Shown: one piece after another, positions 1 to 10,579 of the stretch
Layout of the letters: every line of letters begins with the position of its first letter
Numbering within the stretch: position 1 is the first letter of the stretch
Assembly (NCBI GenBank): GCA_016187125.1
Contig: JACPKF010000001.1
Coordinates: 169,653-233,652, forward strand
DNA length: 64,000 nucleotides
Reading direction: 5' to 3'
Source: Candidatus Saccharimonadota bacterium
GTDB lineage: Bacteria; Patescibacteriota; Saccharimonadia; Saccharimonadales; UBA10212
The notes under the pieces: model-generated
Databases searched by the model: none
What the model was told of the DNA's origin: nothing
The model's input: only the letters and a program-made list of their open reading frames with translations
Made by a program: the position numbers and the translations under genes

Positions 1-1
1 T

Positions 2-1210
<1,209 letters not shown>

Positions 1211-1214
1211 CGTA

Positions 1215-1640
1215 ATGCTTCATTTTCAACTTGTCTCCACCAGCGGTACCAAATACGACGACGAGGTCTACGAAGTATTAGTGCCCACTCGCGCTGGCGT
1301 AGTTGGCATATTTGAAGACCATATGCCACTAATTTCGGCGGCTCAGCCGGGAGTCTTAAGTGTCCGTAAAAAAACTAACGATCCGGATAGTGCCATGGAG
1401 CACTTTGCTATTAATGGCGGCGTGGTTGAAGTTGATGGCAAAACTGTCCGTTTTATCGCCGACGACATCACCACCAGCGACGAAGTCAGTGAACAAGAAG
1501 CCAACATTGCTCTCAAGCGGGCTGAGGAGCTAGTCAAAAACGCCGACAGCCAAGTGGCTCTCCACGAAGCCCACCGCCTGCTGCATCACAGCTCGGCCAA
1601 ACTCCACCTCGCTCAACTCAAAAAACGCCACCACCGCTAG
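1215..1640 (+). CDS. atpC: ATP synthase subunit epsilon
   Basis: Follows atpD; G-x-x-G-I-x-x-x-H-x-P-L-I-S and FAINGGVVEV motifs. Confidence 0.95.
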   Translation: MLHFQLVSTSGTKYDDEVYEVLVPTRAGVVGIFEDHMPLISAAQPGVLSVRKKTNDPDSAMEHFAINGGVVEVDGKTVRFIADDITTSDEVSEQEANIALKRAEELVKNADSQVALHEAHRLLHHSSAKLHLAQLKKRHHR

Positions 1641-1652
1641 ATTTGAAAAACT

Positions 1653-3269
1653 TTAAGCAGCTTGCGCCCAAGGAGCTATTCGTTCTTCTATTTGTTTGAC
1701 ATCGTGTTCCATCACCAGCTCGCCCGAATCGAGTACCTGCTCTAACGGGATTGAGTGGTCAAGCGGATTTACCTCGTCAACTACCGGGAACTGGATGTAG
1801 TCGGTACCATGTCCGGCCCGGTTTATTGTTACTAGCTTGAGTGTCCTGCCTGACTCTTCCCACAGCTTGGTTGCCTCGCGGAAATAATGTTGCGTGAATT
1901 CGAATGAGCCATCTACCCCGCAACCGAACGTCGGATATTCTTTGGGATCGACATGTAGGTGAGCGACCCTCTTAGCATCCTCCGGTATGGCAGCCTCGCG
2001 GTGAAGGTGTCCGCCGGCCCAAGTCGGTGCCATCACGATAGGACCGTTGTCATCTAATACAAAGCCTGTCCCATCCTTATTCAAGCGGACTCTGATCGGG
2101 TGCTCCTCAAGCATTTTGCGCATGGCCTCATAAAACTCTGCGCCCTCAACCGATGGTTTATTAGGCTCCAAACCTTCTATCCTGACACTGCCGACAGTAT
2201 CTTTATCGATCATGGTTAAGGGCACTATCTCGTTGGGCTGGAGATTGGCTTTGACGGCGCCCATCTGGCCGGTAGCTGAGGATAAGAAGTAATCCAGTAG
2301 TATTTCTTGTGACCAGAAGGCGCCCTCACCTTGCTGCGTAAATTCAGACGCTTGCTTTATGCGCTCACCCTGACTCCAGCTGCTCGTCAGTTCTTTTACT
2401 ACCACCGAATCTGAAAGATAGCCATATTTACCGAAAAGAGTGCCGCTACGACGGATTCCGTTGACTGCCCCTGAAGACATCCAGTTTGAGTATGTTATTT
2501 CTGGTATATCGGCAAGTTTCACATCAATTTTATTCGGTCTCATCGAAGCTGACACCCATTCGCGATAACCAAGTTCGTCGAGCATATCAGTCGGGAAGTA
2601 AGGATGTCCGCTTTCGAGTGTATTTCTGATAAGTCCCTTGAACTCTATTTTGCCGGATTTGGATCTAGTATAAAGACCGGCATTTAAATTCGACACGCCG
2701 TTGTTAACCATTAGACATCTAGCAAGCCCTATTTTTTGATCGTGAGTAGCATTTTCAATAGCGCCAGAATTGTCTTGTATCAGAGCTTGCAGAACAAGAT
2801 GTCTGGGCATTTCCCTAGCTTTTATCAGCCTTTTCCTGTTGGGAGCCCTAAAGATTTGGGCAACCTTTATGGCCTCTATACCTGCCGGTGGAATATTCTT
2901 TCGGACGATTTGATTAAATTTATCCAGATCCGATTCACCAAAAGCTGCTTCGATTTTCGCATGCAACTTACCCCACACCGAAAATTTATAAAATACGCTG
3001 TAGACAAGTTGTTCAGGGGTAATTATAGCATCGGATGGGACAACTAATTCTGCCGGCTGGCCACCACTAGCGACAAAACCTCGGCTGGTCTCGGTGCGTA
3101 TGAAATCCATTGTCGGTCTTAGATTTGCAGCTAAACCCGACTCTTTTGAAACAATGGTTGGCTCAGTCAACCAATGCTGATAGGGGTGACGTTCGCGCCA
3201 TGCACTATAGTGGGATAAATCAATACCTGAAGGTGGGCTACTCGGCCCACTTTCGTGTGATGTTAACAT
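1653..3269 (-). CDS. Hypothetical protein with a C-terminal class II aldolase/adducin-like domain
   Basis: 538-aa ORF; SSATG..VKANLQPNEIV, KPSVE, HLH, FGCG and AGHG occur in the order of class II aldolase motifs; N-terminal ~300 aa not recognised. Confidence 0.55.
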   Translation of the reverse strand: MLTSHESGPSSPPSGIDLSHYSAWRERHPYQHWLTEPTIVSKESGLAANLRPTMDFIRTETSRGFVASGGQPAELVVPSDAIITPEQLVYSVFYKFSVWGKLHAKIEAAFGESDLDKFNQIVRKNIPPAGIEAIKVAQIFRAPNRKRLIKAREMPRHLVLQALIQDNSGAIENATHDQKIGLARCLMVNNGVSNLNAGLYTRSKSGKIEFKGLIRNTLESGHPYFPTDMLDELGYREWVSASMRPNKIDVKLADIPEITYSNWMSSGAVNGIRRSGTLFGKYGYLSDSVVVKELTSSWSQGERIKQASEFTQQGEGAFWSQEILLDYFLSSATGQMGAVKANLQPNEIVPLTMIDKDTVGSVRIEGLEPNKPSVEGAEFYEAMRKMLEEHPIRVRLNKDGTGFVLDDNGPIVMAPTWAGGHLHREAAIPEDAKRVAHLHVDPKEYPTFGCGVDGSFEFTQHYFREATKLWEESGRTLKLVTINRAGHGTDYIQFPVVDEVNPLDHSIPLEQVLDSGELVMEHDVKQIEERIAPWAQAA

Positions 3270-3307
3270 AGACTAGTTATACCAGATATAAGAGAAAAGT
3301 ATAGTGT

Positions 3308-3730
3308 TTAGTCCGGGGCGCCTCTGCCCAAATCATCCAAAAGCACAATGAGTTCATCCGTTGCAATGTTTGAACAATCAATCTTCTCCTGCATAGTAAT
3401 AATATAACCTTGCAGCAGTCTTTGAACCTTAGCTGCTTCACTGCGCCATAAAAAGTGAATTGACTCAGGGTTATTAAGAAAATACCGTGAGGTCAAATGA
3501 ACTGATCCAAAAAATGGTCCGATATCGGCTTCGACGTTCAGCAGGTCGTGAATCCGAACGCTGACTATTTTGGCTATTCGAAAGAAGGGACGATGAACAA
3601 TAGTTGCCTTTTCGCGGTCAATGGTAATCGTGTCGGGAAAAAGTATAAAAGGAAAAACCGTATTAGCTGAAAATAATACGTCGTGAGACTTAATAGCTAC
3701 GTCGTAGAGCTTCTCCGTACCTTTGTCCAT
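3308..3730 (-). CDS. Hypothetical protein, bacterial PH-domain-like
   Basis: 140 aa; FPDTITIDREKATIVHRPFF...VEADIGPFFGSV resembles PH-like proteins common in CPR. Confidence 0.55.
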   Translation of the reverse strand: MDKGTEKLYDVAIKSHDVLFSANTVFPFILFPDTITIDREKATIVHRPFFRIAKIVSVRIHDLLNVEADIGPFFGSVHLTSRYFLNNPESIHFLWRSEAAKVQRLLQGYIITMQEKIDCSNIATDELIVLLDDLGRGAPD

Positions 3731-3796
3731 ATCCGGCGATACCCCTCATATAAGCACTACGATTGTAGCATGGCATTTGTGCAGGAATTGTCAGAT

Positions 3797-6700
3797 TTAT
3801 CTCACTTGAGCCCAATCACGGGCGTTTTGGAAAAGCTTGAACCATGGTGACTGCTGCCCCCAATCGCTGGGATGCCAAGATAACTGCTTGGTTAAAAATA
3901 CTCGTTCGGGATGAGGCATTATAATCGTGGTGCGACCATCAGGAGTCGTTAAGGCAGTTATACCCTGTGGCGAACCATTAGGATTGCTGGGATATTTTTC
4001 GCTCACTTTTCCGTAATTGTCAATAAATTGCAGCGGCACTAGGCCATCATGAAGTGCCCTGGCCGCGCCTTGGCTGTCGCTAAATTCTGCCCGGCCCTCA
4101 CCATGAGCTGTCGGGATTGGCAAATAACTGCCTTCCATGTCCTGAAAGAAGATTGAGGGCGATTTATTAATTTTTACCAGAGCTAATCGGGCTTCAAATT
4201 GCTCTGACTTGTTTTTCAAAAAACGCGGCCACATTTCCGCCCCGGGAATTATATCTTTGAGCGCCGCAAACATTTGGCAGCCATTGCAAACGCCGAGACT
4301 GAAGCTATCCGGACGGGCAAAAAAGTCTCCGAACATTTTGCGCAAATCATAATTAAAAAGTATCGATTTAGCTATTCCCTCTCCTGCCCCCAGTACGTCT
4401 CCATAAGAAAACCCGCCACAGCTTACCAAGCCCGCAAAATCATCTAGCGAAACCTTGCCGCCGGCTAAATCTGTCAAATGGACATCAACTGCCCTAAAGC
4501 CAGCTAAGTCAAAAGCGGCGGCCATTTCAACGTGGCCGTTGACTCCTTGTTCACGCAAAATCGCGACTTTTGGCCGGTTTTTATGATGGCGCTCAATTAA
4601 GTTAAAGGTGGTTCTGACTGATAAACCGGGATATTTATCGTCAGCTACTAGGTTTAATTCTTCTTCGGCGCAATCTGGGTTGTCGCGCAGTTTTTGTATT
4701 TGGTAGCTGGTGTCGGCCCACATTCTTTCTAGTCGGACACGGCTGTTTGAATAAAGCAGTTTGGATTTATTTTTAATTACAATTTCTTGCTTCGGGATAG
4801 TCTTAGCAAGATCATAAACGCATCGGCCGACGGCTGCCTTAAGATCTGATAACACCGTTGGCAAGTCGGACGATTTGACCTGAATAAGCACGCCCAACTC
4901 TTCGTTAAATAAAATCTCGGTTGCTGTGCCGGGTAAACCGGCGATATCAACCTCAAGTCCCAGTCGGCTGGCAAAACTCATCTCACAAAGAGCCGTGATT
5001 AGGCCGCCGTCGGAGCGATCGTGGTAAGCCAGGATTTTACCTTGCTTGTTGAGTTTTTGGATAACCCCAAAGAAGTTCCTAAGAATTTCCGGCTCGGCAT
5101 CAGGACAGACGTTACCTACTCGGTTATAAACCTGGGCCAGAGCCGAGCCACCCAAGCGGTTTTTACCTCTGCCCAGATCGATAAGTATCAGGCTGGTATC
5201 GCCTGGCTGTAGCTGCGGCGTAAGTGTTAAAGAAGTGTCGGCAACCGGCGCAAAAGCGCTAATAATTACCGATAAGGGTGATGTGACTGACTGATTTTTG
5301 CCTTTTTCATGCCAAAGCGTGCGCATGCTCAGCGAGTCTTTGCCCACTGGAATGGTTAAACCAAGTGCCGGGCAGAACTCTTGACCTAAAGCTTTAACTG
5401 AGTCATAAAGATTTTGATCTTCGCGGTTGTAGCCGGCAGCCGCCATCCAGTTAGCCGATAGTTTTACGTCAGACAGTTTAGCGATAACAGCAGCCGCAAT
5501 ATTGGTGATGGCTTCACCGACTGCCATCCGAGCCGAACTGGGCGCGTCGATCAAAGCCAGAGGAGTGCGCTCGCCCATGGCCATTGCCTCTCCTGTCTGT
5601 CCTTGGTAGGAACTTGCACTCACAGCTACATCACTAACCGGTACCTGCCATGGCCCGACCATTTGATCGCGAACCACTAGGCCACCAACAGTCCGATCGC
5701 CAATCGTTATTAAAAACTTTTTACTGCCGACACTCGGTAGGTGCAGAACTCTCTCTATAGCCTCCTCGACATCAATTTCCTGAAAATCGAACGGAGGAGA
5801 TAACTTTGCCTGACGATTAAAACGGCGGGTCATTTTGGGCGGGCTGCCAAATAAAATATCCAGCGGTAGATCAACCGGTTGATTGGAAAACAGCTTATCA
5901 TTAATGATTAACCGTTTGTCAGTCGTTGTTTCGCCTATGACAGCAAATGGACAACGTTCCCGCTGACAAATGCCGGCAAATGTAGCGAGGTCTTTTTCAT
6001 TAATAGCTAAAACATAGCGTTCCTGAGCTTCATTGCACCAAATCTCCATCGGCGACATCCCAGGGTCGGCGTTTGGTATGTCCCGCAGTTCTAACTTTGC
6101 TCCTAAACCTTGGTCGTGTACCATTTCCGGAACTGATGTAGACAGGCCTCCGGCTCCGGCGTCGTGAATTGAAATAATCGGATTTTTATCGCCGTGGGAC
6201 CAACAACTGTTGATAACTTCCTGAGCTCGGCGCTGAATTTCGGCATTGGCTCTTTGGACTGAAGCAAAATCTAGTTCCTCTTCGCTCTCGCCGCTTCGCA
6301 TACTGGAAGCCGCGCCGCCACCCAGGCCAATTTTCATGGCCGGCCCACCAAGCACGATTATTTTAGCACCAGGCTGGACATTGCTTTTTTTAACATGCTC
6401 ATTACGGATATTGCCAACGCCCCCGGCAATCATAATCGGCTTATGGTAACCCCAAACTGTGCTCTTATCTAGTTCTGGAACTGATTGCTCGTAGGTTCTA
6501 AAATAACCGCCAAGATTAGGCCGGCCAAACTCATTATTAAAGCCGGCAGCCCCAAGCGGCGCTTCGATCATTATATCTAGCGGTGATGCGATTTGACCTG
6601 GCTTCCCGTAATCTTTTTCCCAGGCCCGGATTGCTCCAGGGATCCGTAAATTGGAAACGCTATAGCCGCTTAGGCCAGCCTTCGAGCGTGATCCTCGGCC

Positions 6701-7651
6701 AGTGGCTGCACCATCCCGAATCTCACCTCCAACACCCGTAGCTGCTCCCGGAAATGGCGCGATAGCTGTAGGGTGATTATGGGTCTCAACCTTGGCAACC
6801 AGATGAGCTGGTTCGGTATGTGTTTGGTAATCTTTACTTACTGGATCTGGGAAAAACCACTCGGCCGCGCCACCTTTTATTACCGCTGCGTTGTCCGAAT
6901 AAGCCGATAAGACGTTATCGCCGGCCTTCTCATAGGTATTTTTAATCATCTTAAATAAGCTTTTGGATGTGGGCATTCCATCAACGACCCAGTTAGCATT
7001 AAATATTTTATGGCGGCAGTGCTCCGAGTTAAGCACGCCAAACATCATTAGCTCGGCATCAGTCGGATTACGGCCTAATTTCTTATAAGCCAGGTGCAGA
7101 TAATCTACCTCGTCATCCGAGAGAGCCAGGCCCATGGAAGTATTAGCTTGCTCAAGAGCTTTTTTTCCATTATTTGAAATGTCTATTATCTTGAGTGGCT
7201 TTGGCTTGGTGGCTTGGAATAAAATCTCGGCAGATTCCAATTTGTCCAACACTGCCTCTGTCATGCGGTCATGAATAAATGGGATTACTGCCTGTTTATG
7301 TAGAGATTTTTTAGAATTTATGTAGTATGCGGTGCCTCGTTCAATTCTTTGAACGTTGACTAGACCTGAGTTACGGGCAATATCTGTGGCTTTGGACGAC
7401 CAAGGCGAAATGGTGCCTGGCCGTGGCACCACTAGCAGCAATTGCCCATCCGAGGAATCTTTTAGGGGATCCCCGTAATTAAGCAACTCTTGTAGCTGTT
7501 TGTCATCTTTAGGCGAGATATTCTTAGCGTCTACGAAATGAATGTACTGAGCATCTACAGCTTCTATTGACGCGTCAACTTTTTGTAGCTGCCTAAGTAG
7601 TCTTTGCCGTCTAAAATCTGGTAATGCAGCCGGACCGTGATAGATTCGCAC
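3797..7651 (-). CDS. purL: Phosphoribosylformylglycinamidine synthase, large single-chain type
   Basis: 1284 aa; NSEHCRHKIFN, ETHNHPT, GVCNGCQ and MPHPER motifs (fused glutaminase domain). Confidence 0.97.
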   Translation of the reverse strand: MRIYHGPAALPDFRRQRLLRQLQKVDASIEAVDAQYIHFVDAKNISPKDDKQLQELLNYGDPLKDSSDGQLLLVVPRPGTISPWSSKATDIARNSGLVNVQRIERGTAYYINSKKSLHKQAVIPFIHDRMTEAVLDKLESAEILFQATKPKPLKIIDISNNGKKALEQANTSMGLALSDDEVDYLHLAYKKLGRNPTDAELMMFGVLNSEHCRHKIFNANWVVDGMPTSKSLFKMIKNTYEKAGDNVLSAYSDNAAVIKGGAAEWFFPDPVSKDYQTHTEPAHLVAKVETHNHPTAIAPFPGAATGVGGEIRDGAATGRGSRSKAGLSGYSVSNLRIPGAIRAWEKDYGKPGQIASPLDIMIEAPLGAAGFNNEFGRPNLGGYFRTYEQSVPELDKSTVWGYHKPIMIAGGVGNIRNEHVKKSNVQPGAKIIVLGGPAMKIGLGGGAASSMRSGESEEELDFASVQRANAEIQRRAQEVINSCWSHGDKNPIISIHDAGAGGLSTSVPEMVHDQGLGAKLELRDIPNADPGMSPMEIWCNEAQERYVLAINEKDLATFAGICQRERCPFAVIGETTTDKRLIINDKLFSNQPVDLPLDILFGSPPKMTRRFNRQAKLSPPFDFQEIDVEEAIERVLHLPSVGSKKFLITIGDRTVGGLVVRDQMVGPWQVPVSDVAVSASSYQGQTGEAMAMGERTPLALIDAPSSARMAVGEAITNIAAAVIAKLSDVKLSANWMAAAGYNREDQNLYDSVKALGQEFCPALGLTIPVGKDSLSMRTLWHEKGKNQSVTSPLSVIISAFAPVADTSLTLTPQLQPGDTSLILIDLGRGKNRLGGSALAQVYNRVGNVCPDAEPEILRNFFGVIQKLNKQGKILAYHDRSDGGLITALCEMSFASRLGLEVDIAGLPGTATEILFNEELGVLIQVKSSDLPTVLSDLKAAVGRCVYDLAKTIPKQEIVIKNKSKLLYSNSRVRLERMWADTSYQIQKLRDNPDCAEEELNLVADDKYPGLSVRTTFNLIERHHKNRPKVAILREQGVNGHVEMAAAFDLAGFRAVDVHLTDLAGGKVSLDDFAGLVSCGGFSYGDVLGAGEGIAKSILFNYDLRKMFGDFFARPDSFSLGVCNGCQMFAALKDIIPGAEMWPRFLKNKSEQFEARLALVKINKSPSIFFQDMEGSYLPIPTAHGEGRAEFSDSQGAARALHDGLVPLQFIDNYGKVSEKYPSNPNGSPQGITALTTPDGRTTIIMPHPERVFLTKQLSWHPSDWGQQSPWFKLFQNARDWAQVR

Positions 7652-8748
7652 TATCTAACCTCCAATGAATCAGCCGCAAATGTAATATTTTTAGGCTTGA
7701 TAACAACTTGTTTTGGTCCCTCTTCGACCTTGCCAGCCAACCACGATCTAAAGCCAAGGTTTTCAGCAATTCCTTGAGCCTTTTTTGCATCTTTTAAGGG
7801 CAAATATATAGCGTAGCCGGCGCCCATGTTGTAGTTACTGTACATTTCTTCATTATCGTTATTGGAGTGTTCCTGAATAAAGTCAAAAATTGGCTCCACC
7901 GGCGGTATATTTTCCAGATTGTAGGTAAACGTCCGTGTGGGGCGCATAATTTTACGCCAGCCATGCCCGGTAATGTTTGATAAATAATGAACGTCTAGGC
8001 CACTGTCAAAGAATTTCCGGACTACTGGCGCATATATATGGGTTGGCTTAAGGACTTCTTCCCCCAAAGTTCGTCCATTTGATAACTTTGTCTGATAACT
8101 GTCTTGCAGCGTGGCGGCAATTTTCCTTATTAGGCTAATACCGTTGGCATGCACACCGTTGGATTCAATCAGTAAAATAGCGTCGCCGGCCTTCAGGTTC
8201 TTTTCACTGAGCAGTTGATTTTTTGGTTTAATCACACCGAATGCTGATCCGGCTAATTCTAGAGCTCCTTTCTCAATGACATTTGGCAGAGACTGTGTTT
8301 CGCCTCCGCCCCAAGCCACCCCAGCTTTATCACAAGCTTTCCGCCAGCCACTAATAAACTCCTTTGCCAGCACTTGATCGCCTAGCCAATCGTATGAACT
8401 TGACGACCAATAGGCACTTAGGGCTACCGGGGTTGCGCCGACACTAATTAAGTCGTTAATAATGGCCGCTACGCTGTCTTGGGCCACCGCCCCGAAAAAT
8501 GATTTGCCTATTTGCTGATATACCGCCTGAGCGACCAAACTTTTTGTTCCCAGACCCTCAGAAATCAACGCGCCATATTGCTCACCCATATCAAATACGT
8601 AGGCCGATTCGCCCCTCGTGCTTTCTACTTCCTTAAACCCGAACGGTAAATTTTTGGCTGTGGCTCGACCTTCTTTTTGAGCCAAAACTTTCATCGGATC
8701 GGCCAGCGAGTAATTTACCGATTTATGATAAGAAAACTTTTTAGCCAT
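7651..8748 (-). CDS. purM: Phosphoribosylformylglycinamidine cyclo-ligase (AIR synthetase)
   Basis: EGLGTK, GGET, SNGVHANG, NITGHG and YNMGAG motifs; purine operon context. Confidence 0.93.
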   Translation of the reverse strand: MAKKFSYHKSVNYSLADPMKVLAQKEGRATAKNLPFGFKEVESTRGESAYVFDMGEQYGALISEGLGTKSLVAQAVYQQIGKSFFGAVAQDSVAAIINDLISVGATPVALSAYWSSSSYDWLGDQVLAKEFISGWRKACDKAGVAWGGGETQSLPNVIEKGALELAGSAFGVIKPKNQLLSEKNLKAGDAILLIESNGVHANGISLIRKIAATLQDSYQTKLSNGRTLGEEVLKPTHIYAPVVRKFFDSGLDVHYLSNITGHGWRKIMRPTRTFTYNLENIPPVEPIFDFIQEHSNNDNEEMYSNYNMGAGYAIYLPLKDAKKAQGIAENLGFRSWLAGKVEEGPKQVVIKPKNITFAADSLEVR

Positions 8749-8753
8749 GGCTA

Positions 8754-9263
8754 CTACAGTTGGGAATTTTGCCAGCCTTCGGCTTGCAATTTCCGGTCCG
8801 CCTCTTTAACAGCATCGGTTTGGGCTTGCCTGTATGATTGGTATTTTTTGGCCAGAGCTTTATCGCTAAGCGCCAGAATTGCCACCGCCAGTAGTCCAGT
8901 ATTTTTGCCGCCATTTTCGGGCATGACCGCCAGTGGCACCCCGGGCGGCATCATAATGTTTGAAAATAAAGCCTCGTGATCATGGCCATCCCTCTTAATG
9001 GGGATGGAAAGCACAGGCAGATAGCTGTGGGCGGCCGCTACCCCGGCTAAATGAGCCGAACCGCCGGCGCCGGCGATAATAATTTTTAAGCCCCGAGCCA
9101 CAGCTGTTTTAAGATAGTCAGTCGTTTCGGCAGGAGTCCGATGCGCCGAAAGCACCCTTACTTCGTTTGCTACACCAAATTCGTCGAGTGTTTTTGCCGC
9201 TTCACGCATAACGTCGAGGTCCGACTTGGAACCCATAATAATACCCACGACTGGGTTTGCCAT
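8754..9263 (-). CDS. purE: N5-CAIR mutase / AIR carboxylase
   Basis: IIMGSKSD, SAHRTP and AGAGGSAHL motifs; ATG at 9263 preceded by AGGAGG. Confidence 0.95.
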   Translation of the reverse strand: MANPVVGIIMGSKSDLDVMREAAKTLDEFGVANEVRVLSAHRTPAETTDYLKTAVARGLKIIIAGAGGSAHLAGVAAAHSYLPVLSIPIKRDGHDHEALFSNIMMPPGVPLAVMPENGGKNTGLLAVAILALSDKALAKKYQSYRQAQTDAVKEADRKLQAEGWQNSQL

Positions 9264-9370
9264 AGATCCTCCTATCACAGCTAGTTTATCTACTTATATT
9301 TTAACCCATAAAGTCCTCGCTGAACATCTGTTAATTTTATCTTCCCTAAATGACAAAAAACAGTAACTAA

Positions 9371-9412
9371 AGACACAACAAAAATCAGCGATCGCTGATT
9401 TTTGTTGTGTCT
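9371..9412. promoter_or_regulatory. Perfect 42-bp palindrome in the divergent purE/purC intergenic region
   Basis: AGACACAACAAAAATCAGCGATCGCTGATTTTTGTTGTGTCT is its own reverse complement; a regulatory role is inferred. Confidence 0.6.
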
Positions 9413-9471
9413 CCTGTGAGATTTTAAGTCAGGTTGTTTTTAACTAGTGACTACGGTTACAATATCAAGAG

Positions 9472-10431
9472 ATGGGTGTGCAAACAATTTCTCGGACTGA
9501 TTTTGCTTTTCCGGGGCAAACTGGGGTCTACCGTGGTAAAGTTCGCGACGTTTACGGCATCGGCGATAAATACATCGTTGCCGTCGCCACCGATAGGATT
9601 TCAGCCTTTGACGTTATTTTGCCTCGAGGCATTCCCTACAAGGGACAAGTGCTTAATCAATTGGCGGCTCATTTTTTGAAAGCCACGGAGGGGATTACGC
9701 CAAATTGGCTGGTGGCTGTGCCCGATCCAAATGTCAGCATCGGCTATAAATTCGAGCCTTTTAAGATTGAAATGGTTGTTAGAGGCTGTTTAGTCGGTCA
9801 TGCCTGGCGGGAATATAAGACTGGCAAAAGGCAAATATCCGGATTTGCAATGCCTGATGGCTTAAAAGAATATGACAAATTTCCGGAGCCGATTCTTACT
9901 CCCGCAACCAAGGCGGAAGAAGGTCACGACGAAGACATATCACCTGAAGAAATAGTCAGTAGAGGCTTAGCCACAAAATCGGAGTGGGAAAAATTAGCCC
10001 AACTCACCCACCAGCTATTTGCCAAAGGCCAGAAAATGGCTAAGGCTCGTGGTTTATATCTTGCCGACACCAAATATGAGTTTGGTAAATCCGGCGATAA
10101 AATATATCTTATCGATGAAGTTCACACCCCCGATTCCTCCAGATACTTTTACCTAGATAGTTACAATAAATATTCAAAAGATCGCAAAGACGAGCCAAAG
10201 CATTTGAGCAAGGAATTCGTCCGCGAGTGGCTGATGGAACAGGGTTTCAACGGCCGAAAGGGCCAGAAAATGCCTGAGATGACCGACGAATTCGTTAATT
10301 CGGTATCGGAGCGCTACATTGAATTATATGAAGAGATGAGCGGGCAGAAATTTATTAAACCGCCGGCCGGCCAAGATATAATGAAGCGAATAGAAACAAA
10401 TGCAAGGGAGGCTTTAGGAAAATTACAATGA
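9472..10431 (+). CDS. purC: SAICAR synthetase (long form)
   Basis: YRGKVRDVY, TDRISAFD, ADTKYEFG, DEVHTPDSSR and SKEFVR motifs. Confidence 0.97.
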   Translation: MGVQTISRTDFAFPGQTGVYRGKVRDVYGIGDKYIVAVATDRISAFDVILPRGIPYKGQVLNQLAAHFLKATEGITPNWLVAVPDPNVSIGYKFEPFKIEMVVRGCLVGHAWREYKTGKRQISGFAMPDGLKEYDKFPEPILTPATKAEEGHDEDISPEEIVSRGLATKSEWEKLAQLTHQLFAKGQKMAKARGLYLADTKYEFGKSGDKIYLIDEVHTPDSSRYFYLDSYNKYSKDRKDEPKHLSKEFVREWLMEQGFNGRKGQKMPEMTDEFVNSVSERYIELYEEMSGQKFIKPPAGQDIMKRIETNAREALGKLQ

Positions 10432-10570
10432 TTATCAATCACCTCCCATTTACTGTTAATTATTCACCTTTTACTGTGTGTTTACCTTTTACTGTTTACC
10501 ATTTAAAACCGAAAACGGATAATAGTAAATGCATAGAAAACCGAAAACGGATAATAGTAAACTGCATCGG
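10432..10570. repeat. Low-complexity element with a 25-bp direct repeat
   Basis: AAAACCGAAAACGGATAATAGTAAA at 10505-10529 and 10537-10561, preceded by repeated TTTACTG/TTTACC units. Confidence 0.75.
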
Positions 10571-10579
10571 AGATGCTTA

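Noticed and set aside
9388-9395. Cyanobacterial HIP1 octamer GCGATCGC
   Set aside because: I saw it only inside the two long palindromes; it is not over-represented and the gene content is not cyanobacterial.
10529-10579. N-terminal extensions of PurB, and similarly of RNase III (52032-52073) and PurN (18981-19043)
   Set aside because: They run through repeat or promoter sequence, and better starts lie downstream.
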